From: an uncultured Spirochaetota bacterium
GTDB taxonomy: Bacteria > Spirochaetota > Spirochaetia > SZUA-6 > Fen-1364
DNA length: 64,000 bases
Reading direction: 5' to 3'
Assembly: GCA_963745235.1 (NCBI GenBank)
Contig: CAVUXE010000097.1
Location: 1 to 64,000 of the forward strand
A program made the translations under genes and the position numbers. The notes under the pieces are model-generated. The model had not been told where the DNA came from and did not search any database. It saw only the letters and a program-made list of their open reading frames with translations. Below, one piece after another: positions 10,487 through 19,748 of this stretch; the first letter of the stretch is position 1, and the number at the start of each line of letters is the position of its first letter.

Positions 10487-10544
10487 GGAAACGATAGAAT
10501 ATGTAACTTCGGTGCAGAGTCATCATATCATCAAGAGGACCGAA

Positions 10545-11612
10545 ATGAAAGGTGAAAACCTGACAAAAATAGGGGTATGTGTCATAGGCTCCGGCAGAGC
10601 TGGAATGATTCACGCCCGAAACTTCTCCCGCCGGGTCAACCGAGCCCAGCTCGTTGCCCTGGTGGATGCGCACGCGGAAACCCTGCAGGCCGCTCAAAAG
10701 GAGCTGGAGGTCGAAACGGGGTACGCGGACTACCACGACGCGCTTACGGATCCCCGCGTGGACGCGGTGGTGGTGGTCACCCCCACCGCGCTTCACCGCG
10801 AGGTGGTGCTGACGGCCGCAAAAGCGGGGAAGCACATCCTGTGCGAGAAGCCCATGGCAATGGACGTGCGGGAATGCGATGACATGATTGCCGCGTGCAA
10901 GGACGCGGGGGTCAAGCTCCAGATCGGGTTCATGCGGCGCTATGACGAAAGCTTCATGGCCGCGCGGCAGCGCATCGACGCCGGGGAGATCGGGGAGGTG
11001 GTGCTCGTCAAATCCCTCACCCACGGACCAAGCGTCCCCCAGGAGTGGATGTACGACATCCGAAAGTCGAACGGACCGCTCGCGGAGGTGAACAGCCACG
11101 ACATCGACACGCTGCGATGGTTCGCGGATGAGGAAATCACGGAGGTGTACGCGCTTGGCGGCAACTTCCGCTGCCCGCAGGCCGTGGAGCGATATCCCGA
11201 TTTCTACGATACCGTGGCCATGATCTGCCGGTTCGCAGACGGGCGCCAGGGCTTCATTGACGGGGCAGTCTCCGTGGGGTACGGATACGATGCACGCACG
11301 GAGATCGTCGGGACCAGGGGGATCATGTTCGTCGGCAGGAGGGAGCAGGACTCCGTGGTGGGGTGCTCGACGGACCGGGGGATCGCCCAGCCCTTCGTGA
11401 AGAGCTGGCGCACGCTCTTCACGGAAGCTTACGTTGCCGAAGACCAGGACTTCGTGGATTGCATCCGGGAGGACAGGGAACCGAGGGTCCGCGGATTGGA
11501 CGGCCGCATGGCGGTGGCGGTGGTGAACGCCGGCAACCGCTCCATCATCGAGCGTGCTCCCGTGAACGTGGAGACCACGGCTCAGAAAGTCCACACGGGA
11601 GGAAGGCGATGA
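10545..11612 (+). CDS. Gfo/Idh/MocA oxidoreductase (inositol 2-dehydrogenase-like)
   Basis: IGSGRAG, HILCEKPMA, GFMRRYD, SHDID, YGYDAR. Confidence 0.9.
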   Translation: MKGENLTKIGVCVIGSGRAGMIHARNFSRRVNRAQLVALVDAHAETLQAAQKELEVETGYADYHDALTDPRVDAVVVVTPTALHREVVLTAAKAGKHILCEKPMAMDVRECDDMIAACKDAGVKLQIGFMRRYDESFMAARQRIDAGEIGEVVLVKSLTHGPSVPQEWMYDIRKSNGPLAEVNSHDIDTLRWFADEEITEVYALGGNFRCPQAVERYPDFYDTVAMICRFADGRQGFIDGAVSVGYGYDARTEIVGTRGIMFVGRREQDSVVGCSTDRGIAQPFVKSWRTLFTEAYVAEDQDFVDCIREDREPRVRGLDGRMAVAVVNAGNRSIIERAPVNVETTAQKVHTGGRR

Positions 11613-12667
11613 AAAGTGATTCGATGCGGGCCGCCATGCTTTTCGGGAAGGACGACCTGAGAGTGGAAAGCCTGCCCACGCCGCAGATCGGCGCCGGGGA
11701 GATCCTCCTCCGCGTGAAGGCGGCGGCCGTGTGCGGGACCGACATCCGCATGTTCAGAAACGGCGCGCGTGGAGTGGGACCTGATTCGCCGCTCGTGCTG
11801 GGCCACGAGGTGAGCGGCGTCATCGAGCGCGTGGGGCCGGGCGTCACCGGGTACCGGGAAGGCATGCGCGTGGCCATTGCCCCCAACATGGGGTGCGGGG
11901 TGTGCGACATGTGCGTGAGCGGGAACACCCAGCTCTGCGCCACCTACAAGGCGTTTGGAATCAACATCCCGGGCGGTTTCGCCCAGTTCATGAAGATACC
12001 CGAGGCAGCGGTGCGGCAGGGCAACGTCGCGGAGATCCCGGACGGGGCGGACTTCCGGGACGCGGCGCTCGTAGAGCCCCTTTCCTGCGTGTACAATGCC
12101 TTCAAGAGGTGCGCCGTCTCCGCCGGTGATACGGTGCTGGTCATCGGGGCGGGTCCCATCGGGCTCATGCACGCCAAGCTCGCCATCATGGGGGGAGCGT
12201 CGCGTGTTTTCATGAACGACATCAGCCTGGAGCGGCTCCAGCTGTGCACGGAAGCGGAGCCGTCCATTGTCGCCGTGTCGGGCGCACCCCTCGTTGAGCG
12301 CATGAAGGAGCTGACAGACGGCCGCGGTGTGGATGTATGCATCACCGCCGCCCCCGTGCCGGAGATACAGGTTGCGGCCCTGGAAGTCGCGGCCATCAAC
12401 GGCCGGGTCCTGTTCTTCGGCGGCCTTCCGGAAAGCAAGAGCAAGGTGGCATTGGATACCAACCTCGTGCACTACAAGCAGATCACGATCTCGGGCACCA
12501 CGCGCTCCAGCCTCAGCCAGTACCGCCAGACCCTTGGCCTTGTCGCCTCGGGCGCGGTCAAGGTGAAGGACCTCATCACGTCGGTTACCCCCGTCGACGA
12601 GATACGATTGTCGTTCGACCGCGTGATGCAGGGGAAGGGGTTGAAGAACGTGCTGGAGTTCACCTGA
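11609..12667 (+). CDS. Zinc-dependent polyol/sugar dehydrogenase
   Basis: VCGTD, GHEVSG, CGVCDMC, GAGPIG; ATGA overlap with the previous gene. Confidence 0.9.
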   Translation: MKSDSMRAAMLFGKDDLRVESLPTPQIGAGEILLRVKAAAVCGTDIRMFRNGARGVGPDSPLVLGHEVSGVIERVGPGVTGYREGMRVAIAPNMGCGVCDMCVSGNTQLCATYKAFGINIPGGFAQFMKIPEAAVRQGNVAEIPDGADFRDAALVEPLSCVYNAFKRCAVSAGDTVLVIGAGPIGLMHAKLAIMGGASRVFMNDISLERLQLCTEAEPSIVAVSGAPLVERMKELTDGRGVDVCITAAPVPEIQVAALEVAAINGRVLFFGGLPESKSKVALDTNLVHYKQITISGTTRSSLSQYRQTLGLVASGAVKVKDLITSVTPVDEIRLSFDRVMQGKGLKNVLEFT

Positions 12668-14190
12668 TGGGGGACGCTCTCTACATTGGCGTAGACATCG
12701 GCACGCAGGGCGTGAAGGCGGCCATGTACGACCGTCAGGGACGGCTGGCGAAAGAAGCGTTCCGCAAGTCAGACCTGAAGCGTCCGTCGGCCGGCGCCGT
12801 GGAAGAAGACCCGGAGTTCCAGCTTGCCTCCGTCTGCCAGACCGTGGCGGAGTGCGCCTGCGCGGCGCCCCGCGGCGCGGCGGTGAAGGGGATCTCCATT
12901 GACGGCCAGATGGCGGGGATCATCGGCGTCGGGGAGGACGGAAAGAACGTCACCCCCTACGATTCGTGGCTCGACACCCGGTGCGCGCCCTGGATCACCT
13001 TCCTCCAGAAGGAGGCCGGCGCGGAGATCGTGCGGAAGTCCGGCGGCCCCCCCAGCTTCAACCACGGACCAAAGATCATGTGGTGGAAGAACGAACGGCC
13101 GGAGGTATTCCGGCGCATACGGGCGTTCGTCCAGCCGGGCGGATACGCCGCCATGCGCCTGACCGGGAAAAACGGCTCCGAGGCCTTCATCGACAGCAGC
13201 TACCTCCACTTCTCGGGATTTGCGGACAGCAGGGCAGGCTCCTGGGACGCTGAGCTGTGCCGCAGATTCGGCGTGGACAAGGCCATGCTTCCTCGCATCG
13301 TGGCGCCGCACGAGGTCGTCGGGGAGCTGACCGCGGAGATGGCGAAGCTCTGCGGGCTGCCGGCGGGCGTTGCGGTTGTCGCGGGGTGCGGGGACACCGC
13401 TGCAAGCTTCCTCTCCTGCGGCGCCACCCGGCCCGGCATCAGTGTGGATGTGGCCGGGACTGCCTCCGTGTTCGCCTGCACCGTCACGGATTTCAAAGTG
13501 GATGAAAAGGACATGGTCCTGAGCTGCGGCCGCTCCGCCGTGCAGGGCTTGTGGCACCCCTATGCCTACATCAACGGCGGAGGCATGAACCTGGAGTGGT
13601 TCAAGGAACAGCTCGGTTCGGGCGCTGATTTCAACGCGCTCAACGCCGCGGCCGCCGCCATTCAGCCCTCCGCGGAGGACCCGTTTTTCGTCCCGCACCT
13701 GGGCGGCAGGGTGAGCCCGGGCCAGCCCCTCCTGCGCGGGGCCTGGGTGGGCCTCACCTGGAGCCACGGAATGGGCCACCTGTACCGGGCCGTCCTGGAA
13801 GGGGTGGCGCTGGAATACGGAATCTACCTGAAATGCCTCGAGTCCCTGTATGGAGCGGGCAAGGTCACGGAGGTGCGCGTCACCGGCGGAGGGGAAAAGA
13901 GCGCCGTGTGGAACAGCATCAAGGCGGACGCGCTCGGCGTCCCCATCGTGCAGATCCCCGGTGCAGGCGGCGCGCCGCTTGGCTCCGCGCTGCTTGCCGC
14001 GTACGGCGTCGGAGACATCAAAGACCTGGACGCAACGGCGTCGGAATGGGTCCGCACCGGCGCCGTGACCGAGCCCGACCCATCGAGGACCGCCCTTGGC
14101 CGCTCGCGCGTGGAGCGCTATACGGCACTGCTTGAGTCACTGAACGCCTGGAGCGAAAGGAAATACAATCATGAAGCCGTTTGGAGTTGA
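12667..14190 (+). CDS. FGGY family carbohydrate kinase
   Basis: IGVDIGTQG, WLDTR, GCGDTAA, GGGEKS; TGATG coupling. Confidence 0.9.
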   Translation: MGDALYIGVDIGTQGVKAAMYDRQGRLAKEAFRKSDLKRPSAGAVEEDPEFQLASVCQTVAECACAAPRGAAVKGISIDGQMAGIIGVGEDGKNVTPYDSWLDTRCAPWITFLQKEAGAEIVRKSGGPPSFNHGPKIMWWKNERPEVFRRIRAFVQPGGYAAMRLTGKNGSEAFIDSSYLHFSGFADSRAGSWDAELCRRFGVDKAMLPRIVAPHEVVGELTAEMAKLCGLPAGVAVVAGCGDTAASFLSCGATRPGISVDVAGTASVFACTVTDFKVDEKDMVLSCGRSAVQGLWHPYAYINGGGMNLEWFKEQLGSGADFNALNAAAAAIQPSAEDPFFVPHLGGRVSPGQPLLRGAWVGLTWSHGMGHLYRAVLEGVALEYGIYLKCLESLYGAGKVTEVRVTGGGEKSAVWNSIKADALGVPIVQIPGAGGAPLGSALLAAYGVGDIKDLDATASEWVRTGAVTEPDPSRTALGRSRVERYTALLESLNAWSERKYNHEAVWS

Positions 14191-14722
14191 GTTCGACCTG
14201 ATCTGGGGGATCATGAAGGACCCGGAAAACCACGTGATCCGGCTTGCCTCCAGCATGAGGGGACATTACAAGGACACGGCGGCCCTGGAGGCTCTGATTG
14301 CAGCCGGGGACCCGGTGCACTACGAGGTCTTCGAGAGGAAGATCCCCGAAGAGGCCGGCCAGCTGCAGTTCTGCATCAGCAAGACCTATCCCGGGACGGT
14401 CGGCGGGGAGTGCTTCATGACCAAGGGCCATTACCACAAGGCGGCCGGGACGGCGGAGGTCTACCTCTGCCTGCGCGGGGAAGGCTACATGCTGATGAAG
14501 CTCCCCGGCGGTGAAAGCGCCTGCGAGCGCTTCCTGCCCGGGCGCATGGTCTACGTCCCGCCTTTCTGGGGACACCGCACGGTGAACACCGGGGACGAGC
14601 CGCTCATCTCTTTCTGCGTGTACCCCGGCGAAGCGGGGCACAACTACGGCGACATCGAAAAGGAAGGGTTCCCTGTCCGCGTGTTCAAGCGCGCGGGCAA
14701 GGTGGAGATTGCGAAAGGCTAG
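14171..14722 (+). CDS. Cupin (archaeal-type) glucose-6-phosphate isomerase family protein
   Basis: PGTVGGECFMTKGHYH..EVY..GEG and GHRTVNTG, AGHNYG signature of cupin PGI. Confidence 0.88.
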   Translation: MKPFGVEFDLIWGIMKDPENHVIRLASSMRGHYKDTAALEALIAAGDPVHYEVFERKIPEEAGQLQFCISKTYPGTVGGECFMTKGHYHKAAGTAEVYLCLRGEGYMLMKLPGGESACERFLPGRMVYVPPFWGHRTVNTGDEPLISFCVYPGEAGHNYGDIEKEGFPVRVFKRAGKVEIAKG

Positions 14723-14726
14723 GAAA

Positions 14727-15647
14727 ATGGCGAAAATCCTCATCACTCCCCGGTCTCTCACGCGGGACGGGGATCCGGCCCTGGAGCTTCTGAGACGGGC
14801 CGGGCACGAGCTGGTGCTCGGCACGCCGGGCAAGGCCCCGGACGAGGAGGAGCTTCTGCGCCTGGTGCCCGGCTGTGCCGGCTGGCTTGCCGGGGTCGAG
14901 AAGATAACGGAGAAAGTGCTTCGCGGGGCGCGCGGTCTCAAGGCAATCAGCCGCAACGGCACGGGAGTGGATTCCATTGACCTGGAAGCGTGCAAGCGCC
15001 TCGGCATTGCCGTCCTGCGGGCGGACGGAGCGAATGCCCGGGGGGTCGCGGAGCTCACGCTGTGCCTCCTCCTGTCCCTGGTGCGCTCGGTGCCGGCAAG
15101 CAACGCGCGCATGAAGGCCGGGGCATGGGAGCGCCGCCAGGGAGTGGAGCTCGAAGGACGGACCCTGGGGATCATCGGATGCGGGAAGATCGGGAAGCTG
15201 GTTGCGCGCTTCGCGGTGGGCCTGGACATGGAGGTTCTCGGCTACGACGCGTACCCCGATGCCTCCTTTGCTCCCTCTTCCCGGTTTCGCTTCGCCGCTC
15301 TGGAGGAGCTCATTTCCTCTTCAGATGCGGTGACGCTGCACTGCCCCCACACGCCCGGGGATCCGCCGCTTATCAACCAGAGGACAGTCGCTGCAATGAA
15401 AAAAGGCGTGTACCTCGTCAACACGGCACGGGCGGGGCTTGTGGATGATGCGGCAGTCCTGCAGGGTCTGGAGCAGGGACATATTGCCGGCTACGCGGTG
15501 GATGCGTATGACACGGAGCCTCCAGCCCCCAGCCCCCTGCTCTCCCATGAGAGAGTCATTACGACGCCGCACATCGGCGCATTTACCGCGGAGAGCGTCT
15601 CCCGGGCCACGCGAGTGGCCGTGGAGAACCTGCTGGCCGCGCTGTAG
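14727..15647 (+). CDS. D-isomer-specific 2-hydroxyacid dehydrogenase (phosphoglycerate dehydrogenase-like)
   Basis: SRNGTGVD, GIIGCGKIG, VNTARAG, TPHIGA. Confidence 0.88.
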   Translation: MAKILITPRSLTRDGDPALELLRRAGHELVLGTPGKAPDEEELLRLVPGCAGWLAGVEKITEKVLRGARGLKAISRNGTGVDSIDLEACKRLGIAVLRADGANARGVAELTLCLLLSLVRSVPASNARMKAGAWERRQGVELEGRTLGIIGCGKIGKLVARFAVGLDMEVLGYDAYPDASFAPSSRFRFAALEELISSSDAVTLHCPHTPGDPPLINQRTVAAMKKGVYLVNTARAGLVDDAAVLQGLEQGHIAGYAVDAYDTEPPAPSPLLSHERVITTPHIGAFTAESVSRATRVAVENLLAAL

Positions 15648-15666
15648 CGACAAAGAGAGGACCATC

Positions 15667-17490
15667 ATGCTGAAGGGTTACTGCGGCCGGATCCTGAGAG
15701 TGGATCTGAGCCGGCGCACATCGACGACGGAGCCGCTCGCGGAAGATCTGGTCACGCAGCTGCTGGGCGGCAGAGGCATTGCGGCCAAGTACTACTGGGA
15801 CGAGATCGGACCGGGGGTGGATGAGCTGGGGGAAAAGAACAAGATCTTCTTTTTCACCGGCCCGCTCACCGGCACTCCGCTGGTGTCGACCACGAAGTTC
15901 CAGCTCGCCACCAGGTCCCCGGAGACCCGGATGTACCTGTGCTCCAACTGCGGGGGGGATTTCGGCCCCCAGCTCAAGCGGGCCGGGTTCGACGGGCTGA
16001 TCATCGAGGGCAGGGCATCCGAATGGACGTACCTGACGATCAAAGACGGTACGGTGGAGTTTGGCGACGCGCGGCCGTGGAAGGGATTCACCTCGCGGCG
16101 CACCCTGGAGGTCCTCCGCAAGGCATTCGGGGAATCCAAGTGCGGGGCAATGTCCATCGGCCCCGCCGGGGAAAATCTCGTGCGCCTTTCCTACATCAAC
16201 GTCGATGACCGCGCCTTCGGCCGCGGTGGTCCCGGCGCCGTGATGGGCTCCAAGCGGCTGAAGGGAATCGCCGTGAAGGGAACAGGGGACATCTCCGTGG
16301 CAGACCCGGATCGGGTTGCTGAGATCCGCAAGGCGGCGGTCGTGGACTTGAAGCAGTCCCGGGCCAACCACACGAAGTTCGGAACGCCCCAGTACATCGA
16401 GCCCCTGAACGCGCTGGGATGCCTGCCGACGCGCAACTTCCAGACCGCGTATTTCGAGGACTGCGACAAGATTGACGCGCACGCCATGCTCGCCCAGTAC
16501 GTGGAGAAGAACTACGCCTGCTACCGCTGCACCGTTGCGTGCGGCAAGATGTGCCTCGTGAAGGAAGGCCCGTACAAGGGCGCGCGGGCGCGCACCGAGT
16601 TCGAGACAGTCGGGCTCCTGGGCCCCAACTGCGGGATCTCCGACTTCGGCGCCATCGTGAAAGCGAACGAGCTCTGTGACGATCTGGGCCTGGACACGAT
16701 GTCCGCGGGCAACGCGGTGGCGCTCACCATGGAGCTCTACGAAAAAGGCCTGATCAGCACCTCCGACACCATGGGGATCGACGCCAGGTTCGGGAACCCG
16801 GAGGCGCTGATCGGGATCATCGAGTGCATCGCATACCGCCGCGGGATCGGGGACCTTCTTGCCGAAGGGATGCTGGGTGTGAAGAAAGCCAGGCCTGACT
16901 GGAAGAGATTCATCCTGGACGTCAAGGGGATGCCTTTCGCGGCGTACGACCCCCGCGGGTTTACCGGCAACGGCCTCACCAACGGCACCTCCAACCGCGG
17001 CGCGTGCCACAACGTCGGAGGGTGGACCATCAGGGCGGAGCTGCAGAGCGGGAAGTATGACCGCTACGCCCTGGAGGGCAAGGGCGCCCTCGTGAAGAGT
17101 GCCCAGGACAGCCGCGCGTACGTGGACAGCATCGGGATGTGCACGGTGGTGCGCGGGGCGTTCGGCTTTTCCGAAAAGCCGACCGGGGACGTCCTGGAAG
17201 CCGTCACGGGGCACGCGTTCACGCCCCAGCTCATGACGATTGCGGAGAGGATCTACAGCATGGAGCGGATGATCCTGAACCGGGAAGGGATCCGGCGCAA
17301 GGACGACCTTCTTCCGGACAGGATCACGAAGGAGACCATCCCCAGCGGACCGACCAAGGGACGGATCCTCACCGCGGAGATGTATGACGTGATGCTGGAC
17401 GACTACTACGGCCTGCGCGGCTGGGACGCGGATGGCGTGGTGACCGAGCAGACAAAGGGCAGGCTGGGGCTGTCGGAGATCCTGGCGTGA
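15667..17490 (+). CDS. Aldehyde:ferredoxin oxidoreductase (W/Mo-pterin AOR family)
   Basis: GRILRVDLS, IGPAGEN, GRGGPGAVMGSKRLK, CYRCTVAC Fe-S motif, EFET, DDLGLDT, RGACH. Confidence 0.92.
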   Translation: MLKGYCGRILRVDLSRRTSTTEPLAEDLVTQLLGGRGIAAKYYWDEIGPGVDELGEKNKIFFFTGPLTGTPLVSTTKFQLATRSPETRMYLCSNCGGDFGPQLKRAGFDGLIIEGRASEWTYLTIKDGTVEFGDARPWKGFTSRRTLEVLRKAFGESKCGAMSIGPAGENLVRLSYINVDDRAFGRGGPGAVMGSKRLKGIAVKGTGDISVADPDRVAEIRKAAVVDLKQSRANHTKFGTPQYIEPLNALGCLPTRNFQTAYFEDCDKIDAHAMLAQYVEKNYACYRCTVACGKMCLVKEGPYKGARARTEFETVGLLGPNCGISDFGAIVKANELCDDLGLDTMSAGNAVALTMELYEKGLISTSDTMGIDARFGNPEALIGIIECIAYRRGIGDLLAEGMLGVKKARPDWKRFILDVKGMPFAAYDPRGFTGNGLTNGTSNRGACHNVGGWTIRAELQSGKYDRYALEGKGALVKSAQDSRAYVDSIGMCTVVRGAFGFSEKPTGDVLEAVTGHAFTPQLMTIAERIYSMERMILNREGIRRKDDLLPDRITKETIPSGPTKGRILTAEMYDVMLDDYYGLRGWDADGVVTEQTKGRLGLSEILA

Positions 17491-17759
17491 CTGCCACGGA
17501 AGTGAGGGTCCGCATCCGCTACCTGTCAGGGCTGCGGGATGCCACGCACACGCGCATGGAAGAGGTGAAGTTCCCGTCCGGTGCGCGTCTTCGGGATGTT
17601 TCCCGGTGGCTCGCGCAGAAGTACGGAATGACTGTCCCGAGCCCGTCCGTGATGAGCACGGTGAACGGCCGAGGGTGGAGCCAGACGCCCCTCGCGCTGG
17701 AGACAGAGCTGCAGGAAGGGGATGAGATCGCCCTCTTTCCCCTTCTCTCAGGAGGATGA
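17487..17759 (+). CDS. MoaD/ThiS family sulfur carrier
   Basis: 90 aa ending LQEGDEIALFPLLSGG (C-terminal Gly-Gly), next to AOR. Confidence 0.9.
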   Translation: MTATEVRVRIRYLSGLRDATHTRMEEVKFPSGARLRDVSRWLAQKYGMTVPSPSVMSTVNGRGWSQTPLALETELQEGDEIALFPLLSGG

Positions 17760-17763
17760 AACG

Positions 17764-18414
17764 ATGAGCAACCCTGGTGTGCTGGAAACTGTCCGAAAGC
17801 ATGTCGTTGTCCCCGTCATCGCCATCGATGATCCGCAGTCCGCAATTCCCCTGGCGGACGCCTTGATCGAAGGCGGCCTGCCCGTCGCGGAGATAACCTT
17901 CCGCACCGCGGCGGCGGCGGAGGTCATTGCGAAGATCGCCCGGGAAAGGCCCGACGTGATCCTCGGCGCAGGCACGCTGCTCAGCGTGGAGAATGTGCGC
18001 AAGGCCAGGGAGGCCGGCGCGCGCTTCGGCGTCGCTCCGGGAGTCAATCCTGCCGTTATGGCGGAGGCGAACCGCCTGGGCGTGCCCTTCGTGCCGGGAG
18101 TCGTGACGCCATCCGAAATCGAGCAGGCGTTGTCCCTGGGGGCGACCCTCCTGAAGTTCTTCCCCGCGGAGGCCTTCGGCGGCCTCAAGGTGATCAAGGC
18201 GCTCTCCGCGCCGTACCTCCACACGGGGGTGAAGTTCATGCCCACGGGGGGTGTCACGACGGCAAACCTCGCCGACTACCTTGCCGCGGAGGTCGTGGCC
18301 TGCGTAGGCGGGACGTGGATCGCTTCCCGTGAGGCCATTGCGGAGAAGAAGTGGGCCCAGATCCGGGACAACTGCAAGGCTGCAGTGGAGATGGTCCGCA
18401 AGATTCGAGGATAG
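17764..18414 (+). CDS. eda: KDPG/KHG aldolase
   Basis: AEITFRT, GAGT, PGVVTPSEI, KFFPAE, PTGGV. Confidence 0.92.
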   Translation: MSNPGVLETVRKHVVVPVIAIDDPQSAIPLADALIEGGLPVAEITFRTAAAAEVIAKIARERPDVILGAGTLLSVENVRKAREAGARFGVAPGVNPAVMAEANRLGVPFVPGVVTPSEIEQALSLGATLLKFFPAEAFGGLKVIKALSAPYLHTGVKFMPTGGVTTANLADYLAAEVVACVGGTWIASREAIAEKKWAQIRDNCKAAVEMVRKIRG

Positions 18415-18431
18415 CCGAGGGGAGGGAACCC

Positions 18432-19406
18432 ATGTGCGCAGCAGCGGTGTCAACAAAGCTCACGAGAAGTGACATCCTCGGCGGGTGGAAGGTGCGCTGG
18501 ACCATCGGAAGGAACCGCTACGCGGTCCAGCCGGGGCTGTATGCCGTGGGGACGCCCACCGCGGAATCCCCTGTTCTCGTGACCGCCAACTACAAGCTCA
18601 CCTTCGACAGGCTCCGCGCCGAGCTCGGCGGTATTGACGCCTGGATCCTCGTCCTCGACACGAAGGGAGTCAACGTCTGGTGCGCGGCGGGCAAGGGGAC
18701 GTTTGGCACCAGGGAGCTGGAGCAGCGCATTCTGGCCGTCCACCTGGAGCAGGCCGTGTCCCACCGGACGCTGATACTGCCGCAGCTCGGCGCAACGGGC
18801 GTCTCTGCGCCGCGCGTGCAGAAGGACACCGGATGGCGGGTCGTCTTCGGCCCGGTGCTCGCGCGGGATATCCCTGCCTTCCTTGCCAGCGGCCTCAGGA
18901 AGGAGCCTCGCATGAGAAAAGTGGAGTTCCGCCTGTCCGACCGGATGGCGGTTGCCCCGGTCGAGCTGGTGCAGTCATGGCCCTTTCTCCTGGGAGCCCT
19001 GGTCATCTCCGCCCTGCTTGCGCTTCCCTTCGGCGCCGGCTCCCCGAGACGCTTCCTCGGTGCCTGCATTCCGCTGGTCGGGGCGGTCCTTGCGGGGACC
19101 ATCGCCGTCCCGGCGCTGCTGCCGGTCCTTCCCTTTCGGGCTTTTTCGCTCAAAGGCGCCGTCATCGGAGCTGCCTGGGGGATCGCCGCGTCCCTGGCCA
19201 TGGGGGCAAACCTCGCCGGATCATTCGCCTGTGTCCTCATTGGCACCCCAGTCGCTGCCTACCTTGCGATGAACTTCACCGGGGCGACGACCTTCACCTG
19301 CCAGGCAGGGGCGGAGCTCGAAGTGCGCACGGCCACCATACCGATGATCGTCTCGGTTGCCGTTGGAGTGGGGTTGCTGGCTGCATCGCGGCTTCTGGGA
19401 ATCTGA
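18432..19406 (+). CDS. hgcA: Mercury methylation corrinoid protein HgcA
   Basis: Diagnostic cap-helix motif NVWCAAGKG; PVLVTANYKLTFD, LILPQLGA; C-terminal transmembrane helices with LAMNFTG; directly followed by hgcB. Confidence 0.96.
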   Translation: MCAAAVSTKLTRSDILGGWKVRWTIGRNRYAVQPGLYAVGTPTAESPVLVTANYKLTFDRLRAELGGIDAWILVLDTKGVNVWCAAGKGTFGTRELEQRILAVHLEQAVSHRTLILPQLGATGVSAPRVQKDTGWRVVFGPVLARDIPAFLASGLRKEPRMRKVEFRLSDRMAVAPVELVQSWPFLLGALVISALLALPFGAGSPRRFLGACIPLVGAVLAGTIAVPALLPVLPFRAFSLKGAVIGAAWGIAASLAMGANLAGSFACVLIGTPVAAYLAMNFTGATTFTCQAGAELEVRTATIPMIVSVAVGVGLLAASRLLGI

Positions 19407-19418
19407 GGAGAACCTTCC

Positions 19419-19730
19419 ATGCGTATGACATACCTGCGAAACGGAGAGACCCTGACGCTGGACAGCGAGCTGTGCAACGGATGCAAACGGTGCATCGAGG
19501 TATGCCCGCACGAGGTGCTCTCCATGGCCGAGGGGAAGGCCCGAATCATGGACAGGGCCTCCTGCATGGAATGCGGCGCATGCGCAAACAATTGCGAACC
19601 CGGCGCCATCAAGGTCAAGGCCGGCGTCGGATGCGCCTCCGCCGTCATCAGCGGGATGATCCGGGGAACCGGCCCGCAGTGCGGCTGCAGCGGCCCGGAC
19701 GGCGCTCAGAAGGGCTGCGGCTGCGGATAA
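19419..19730 (+). CDS. hgcB: Mercury methylation ferredoxin HgcB
   Basis: Two CxxCxxCxxxC motifs, CMECGA signature, GVGCA cysteine and a Cys-containing tail; 12 nt downstream of hgcA. Confidence 0.94.
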   Translation: MRMTYLRNGETLTLDSELCNGCKRCIEVCPHEVLSMAEGKARIMDRASCMECGACANNCEPGAIKVKAGVGCASAVISGMIRGTGPQCGCSGPDGAQKGCGCG

Positions 19731-19748
19731 GAGGGCCCGTCCCCGGAT

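Noticed and set aside
15583-18456. 957 aa minus-strand ORF and many similar long antisense ORFs
   Set aside because: These are shadows of real GC-rich genes on the opposite strand, with no recognisable motifs.
18432-19406. Acetyl-CoA synthase corrinoid subunit (CdhE/AcsC) as an alternative to HgcA
   Set aside because: The cap-helix cysteine, C-terminal membrane domain and adjacent hgcB all indicate HgcA.
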